Origin: Trichomonas gallinae
Lineage: Eukaryota
Assembly (NCBI GenBank): GCA_008369845.1
Contig: MRSU01000274.1
Coordinates: forward strand, 1 to 32,618
DNA length: 32,618 nt
Direction: 5' to 3'
The notes beneath the pieces were generated by a model. The model did not search any database. It was given only the letters and a program-made list of their open reading frames with translations, and had not been told where the DNA came from. Both the position numbers and the translations under genes were made by a program. Shown one piece after another: positions 29,432 to 32,618 of this stretch. Position 1 is the first letter of the stretch. Every line of letters begins with the position of its first letter.

Positions 29432-31888
29432 TTATTTGGTCTTGTTGTCTGCGTCTGGACCGTTTGTGCTAACAGCGACACTGTGGACGACATCCCACAG
29501 AACCTGCATCTTCGACGACAAACTCTCTGAGAAAGTTGCCTGAAGAGAGTTAATCGCTTCGATTTCAGTGCAGTTAAGCAACAATGAGTTTTCAACTTGA
29601 GAAAGTCTCCTCATTGGGTTCTGCTGGAAGCACTCAAGTGGAGCTGTGAACATCAGCTCAATGAGAACCAATATAAGTCTAGCGCGTTTCCTCAATGAGT
29701 TGAAAGCCGGACATGCCCAGTCGCAGATCTTCTGAAGGCCGTTTTCTGGGTCAATGGTGTCAACCATTTCCCTGGATAGTTTAAGCGGTGGAGTGAACGG
29801 TTTTGTCACATCACCGAGAATGAAGCCATAATCGATATGCAATAAGTGTCCATCCCTTGTCACCAAAATATTGTTGTCGTGCCTGTCGCCGATTTTCAGC
29901 ACATATGTCATGACTGAATAAGCAGCGAGAGATTCAGTGAACAACTCGATTTTTGGTGGTAGTGGTTTGTTGTCAGCTGACAAGTATTTCCTGATAGATT
30001 TCTCGTCGTTCGCGATATTCAAGATTGCCTTAGAGTTGTCGATGAATTCACAGCAGCCGAACGTTGGCGAGAAAGCAAGAGTCTTGTAGGCAGTGATGTT
30101 TAACTGCATCGAAGCGCGCTTGAATATATTGTCCATGACAGAAAACAGCTGCAAAATCAACTGATCTTGTCTCATGTCGTCGCCGATCTTGAAGATGACC
30201 CTGTATGAGCCACCGTCAGCCTTCTTGAAGCAAATACAAGCTGGACGAAGTTTCGACTGGAAAACTTTGACATCTTCAGTATCTACACCAACGACAACGA
30301 TTTCTGGATCTAGTGGTAAACGTACTGGATCGAAATTCTGCAGCGATGAATGCACTGGGTCGTTCGTCAATAACTCAATGATTTTGGCGCGTTTCGCTTG
30401 TGTAGAATTAACATTTGTGTTTGCTTCTGTCAAAAAATTACACAAACGTTGAACTAAACTGATTTGATCATCGATTTGGCGCTTTACATCTGGATCAACT
30501 GATTCGTAAAGGTTTTTAACGAGAATTCCGATCGCTTCGTCTGTTTCCCTTTCGATTTGAGCAATCCAGTAGAAATTTGATGCGAAAATGATGTCGCTCT
30601 TTGCGTGTTCAATGAGAATATCAGCGAGACCAGCTGTATATGGAGCTTTTACAGCTTGAATCAATTGTGGCAAATATAATAATAATTCTTCACGAGGAAC
30701 AGACTTGATACATCTAACAGCATAAGCTCTGACAACTTCTATGTTGTATCTTGACGTAAAGAACTCGAGAGCGTATTCAACATCAATCGGTTCGCGTGTT
30801 TTGAGCGCTTCAACGATTTCCCTTGATTCCTCTGGTGAATCCCAGTTAACTGATCTGAATAATGCTGGCATAAGGCCCGGATCAGATAAGCAATGATAAT
30901 AATTATTGTATAAGTGTGTTTTCTGGATTGTAAGGAGTTCTGTGAGTGGTGGAAGTGCTTTAATTTTATTAAGAGTCTCTGTGATATTGGATTCTTTAAG
31001 CAATGACGATTTCGCGGGTCCTTGTGAATGAGCCAGGTCGTGATAAAGCCTCTGACATGGATTCAACGCTGAATTATTGTTACTTGGAGACAAAACAAGG
31101 TTCTCATGCACGATAATGGTTGATGGTTGAGCTGATTGAGGAGGCAGAATTATTATTCTTGCAAATTCGGATTGATTCGATAAAGTTGGTGGAGTTATCG
31201 GACTTAGCAGTGAATTGAAGAAGTTTTCAGCATCATCTGGATGCAAACATTCAGTTACAGAACGAATTTGATCATCGATAAATTCGTAAGTCTTTTCTTT
31301 TGTAGTATAAAGGCGACGAACGTGTTTCTGTAAGATATTTTTGGTTTCTTTTCCATCAAAAGTTAGAGTAAATGGGCCAGTTCGCAAATGACGATTTTTC
31401 TTTGTAAAAAGACGAACTTTTGCTTCACCAATTAACATTGGCTTTGCTTGGAATAAGCGTGCGTGGAATTTTAAGTATGCAATCGAATCTGGAGGGAGTT
31501 CGGAATATAAAATCGGAATTTGAATTGTTTGATCCCAGGTAAATGTATGCTGCTCTCTATTTATATTATGAAGAATCGAAATATTAGGGAATGTAGGATG
31601 AGTTCGCTGATATTGGTTTGATAGAAGTGTAACGGGACAAGTTAAAGGTCTGTCGCTTGAATATATTACGCACTCGACCTCGCATTTGAACGGAAGAGAT
31701 GAATCTGAGTCCCATTCTTCAATTAAATAGTCTGGAATTCTAATGCCGAAAAATTGGTAGATATCGAACGAAATATCATTTGCAACATCTACTGTTAGAG
31801 ATTTTATATCGAATTTCAGGTTTTCGGGAAACATTGATGATTTCTCCAACTTCCTGTTATTAGAAACGCGATTGGAGGCCTCCGTCAT
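29432..31888 (-). CDS. VPS34: Class III phosphatidylinositol 3-kinase (Vps34-like)
   Basis: C2-like N-terminus, helical domain (VRAYAV, LLLYLPQLIQA), FKIGDDMRQDQLILQ, IGDRHDNNIL, HIDYGFILGDVTKPFTPPLKL. Confidence 0.9.
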   Translation of the reverse strand: MTEASNRVSNNRKLEKSSMFPENLKFDIKSLTVDVANDISFDIYQFFGIRIPDYLIEEWDSDSSLPFKCEVECVIYSSDRPLTCPVTLLSNQYQRTHPTFPNISILHNINREQHTFTWDQTIQIPILYSELPPDSIAYLKFHARLFQAKPMLIGEAKVRLFTKKNRHLRTGPFTLTFDGKETKNILQKHVRRLYTTKEKTYEFIDDQIRSVTECLHPDDAENFFNSLLSPITPPTLSNQSEFARIIILPPQSAQPSTIIVHENLVLSPSNNNSALNPCQRLYHDLAHSQGPAKSSLLKESNITETLNKIKALPPLTELLTIQKTHLYNNYYHCLSDPGLMPALFRSVNWDSPEESREIVEALKTREPIDVEYALEFFTSRYNIEVVRAYAVRCIKSVPREELLLYLPQLIQAVKAPYTAGLADILIEHAKSDIIFASNFYWIAQIERETDEAIGILVKNLYESVDPDVKRQIDDQISLVQRLCNFLTEANTNVNSTQAKRAKIIELLTNDPVHSSLQNFDPVRLPLDPEIVVVGVDTEDVKVFQSKLRPACICFKKADGGSYRVIFKIGDDMRQDQLILQLFSVMDNIFKRASMQLNITAYKTLAFSPTFGCCEFIDNSKAILNIANDEKSIRKYLSADNKPLPPKIELFTESLAAYSVMTYVLKIGDRHDNNILVTRDGHLLHIDYGFILGDVTKPFTPPLKLSREMVDTIDPENGLQKICDWACPAFNSLRKRARLILVLIELMFTAPLECFQQNPMRRLSQVENSLLLNCTEIEAINSLQATFSESLSSKMQVLWDVVHSVAVSTNGPDADNKTK

Positions 31889-32585
31889 TTTTTTGTATTT
31901 TTATTTTAATTAAAATTTATTTATAAAATATACTCATAGTTACATTCACTTTTTGTCGTATAACTATATAAAAAATTTGTAGTTTTTAATTTGATTTTTT
32001 TGATTAAATGATTTCCATCGATTCTCTTATTAAAAAGTAATTTTTACATACTCTATATCTCTAATTTTTCTTCTTTAATAGAAAACCATGAGATTAAAAG
32101 AAAATTCAAATTAATAGGCAAAAACTTCTCATGAAATCGGTTTTTCTTAACATGGAAAAACTCTATCAGTTTAGTTTAATATAAAGATTAAAACATATGA
32201 TGTAGCACATAAAAATAAAGTTTTTAAAATAAACATCATGATATTTGATATGCTACTAAATTGTATTAACAACAGAATCCTTTTAAATTAATGCTGGAGA
32301 TACAATAAGGTTCACACACTAGAAAATCTCAAAAAGTTATTAGAGATTCACAGAGTTCGAAAAACTACATTTTTAAAGCAAATGTCAGAAATTTGCCAAA
32401 ATGACCATTTTAATACCACCATTACTGTCACGAAAGGCAGTACGCTTTTTTTAAAAAAATTAAATAACGTACAAAATGGTTTTAAAAATGCAAATTGTGA
32501 TATATTTATCCATAGACTGTTTTATCACCGGCCCGGGATGCTTAATTGAAGCATTCCATCAACGCACTTTTCTGATTTTAGTGTC

Positions 32586-32612
32586 AAAAAAAAAAAAAAA
32601 AAAAAAAAAAAA
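32586..32612 (+). repeat. Poly(A) tract (27 nt)
   Basis: Homopolymer run near the window end. Confidence 0.9.
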
Positions 32613-32618
32613 CTGTTT

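Overview
AT-rich, gene-dense eukaryotic DNA with almost no introns. It is very likely a trichomonad (Trichomonas vaginalis-like): Inr TCAYW elements lie just upstream of ATGs, AAAGTGAC motif-2 elements are present, and several stop codons overlap the TAAA poly(A) signal. About 22 protein-coding genes are visible: a Hel2/ZNF598-like E3 ligase (missing from the ORF track, runs off the left edge), three ARM/HEAT-like proteins, a rhomboid-like protein, a TBC RabGAP, a Ubc4-type E2, CAMK and TKL kinases, coatomer epsilon, a Rab, RabL2, a ropporin/RSP11-like protein, a bromodomain protein, an EF-hand protein, a divergent DH-PH protein, Vps34 and several hypotheticals. The most striking item is an ankyrin-repeat plus RING gene (18020-18987). 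It is interrupted by two short AT-rich, frame-shifting inserts at the same position of consecutive ankyrin repeats, with no trichomonad spliceosomal signals, so it is a candidate for non-canonical splicing or translational bypassing. Also notable are promoter motif arrays phased at 19 bp, a degenerate 109-bp non-coding tandem array and a candidate structured ncRNA. All calls are by eye; no searches were run.
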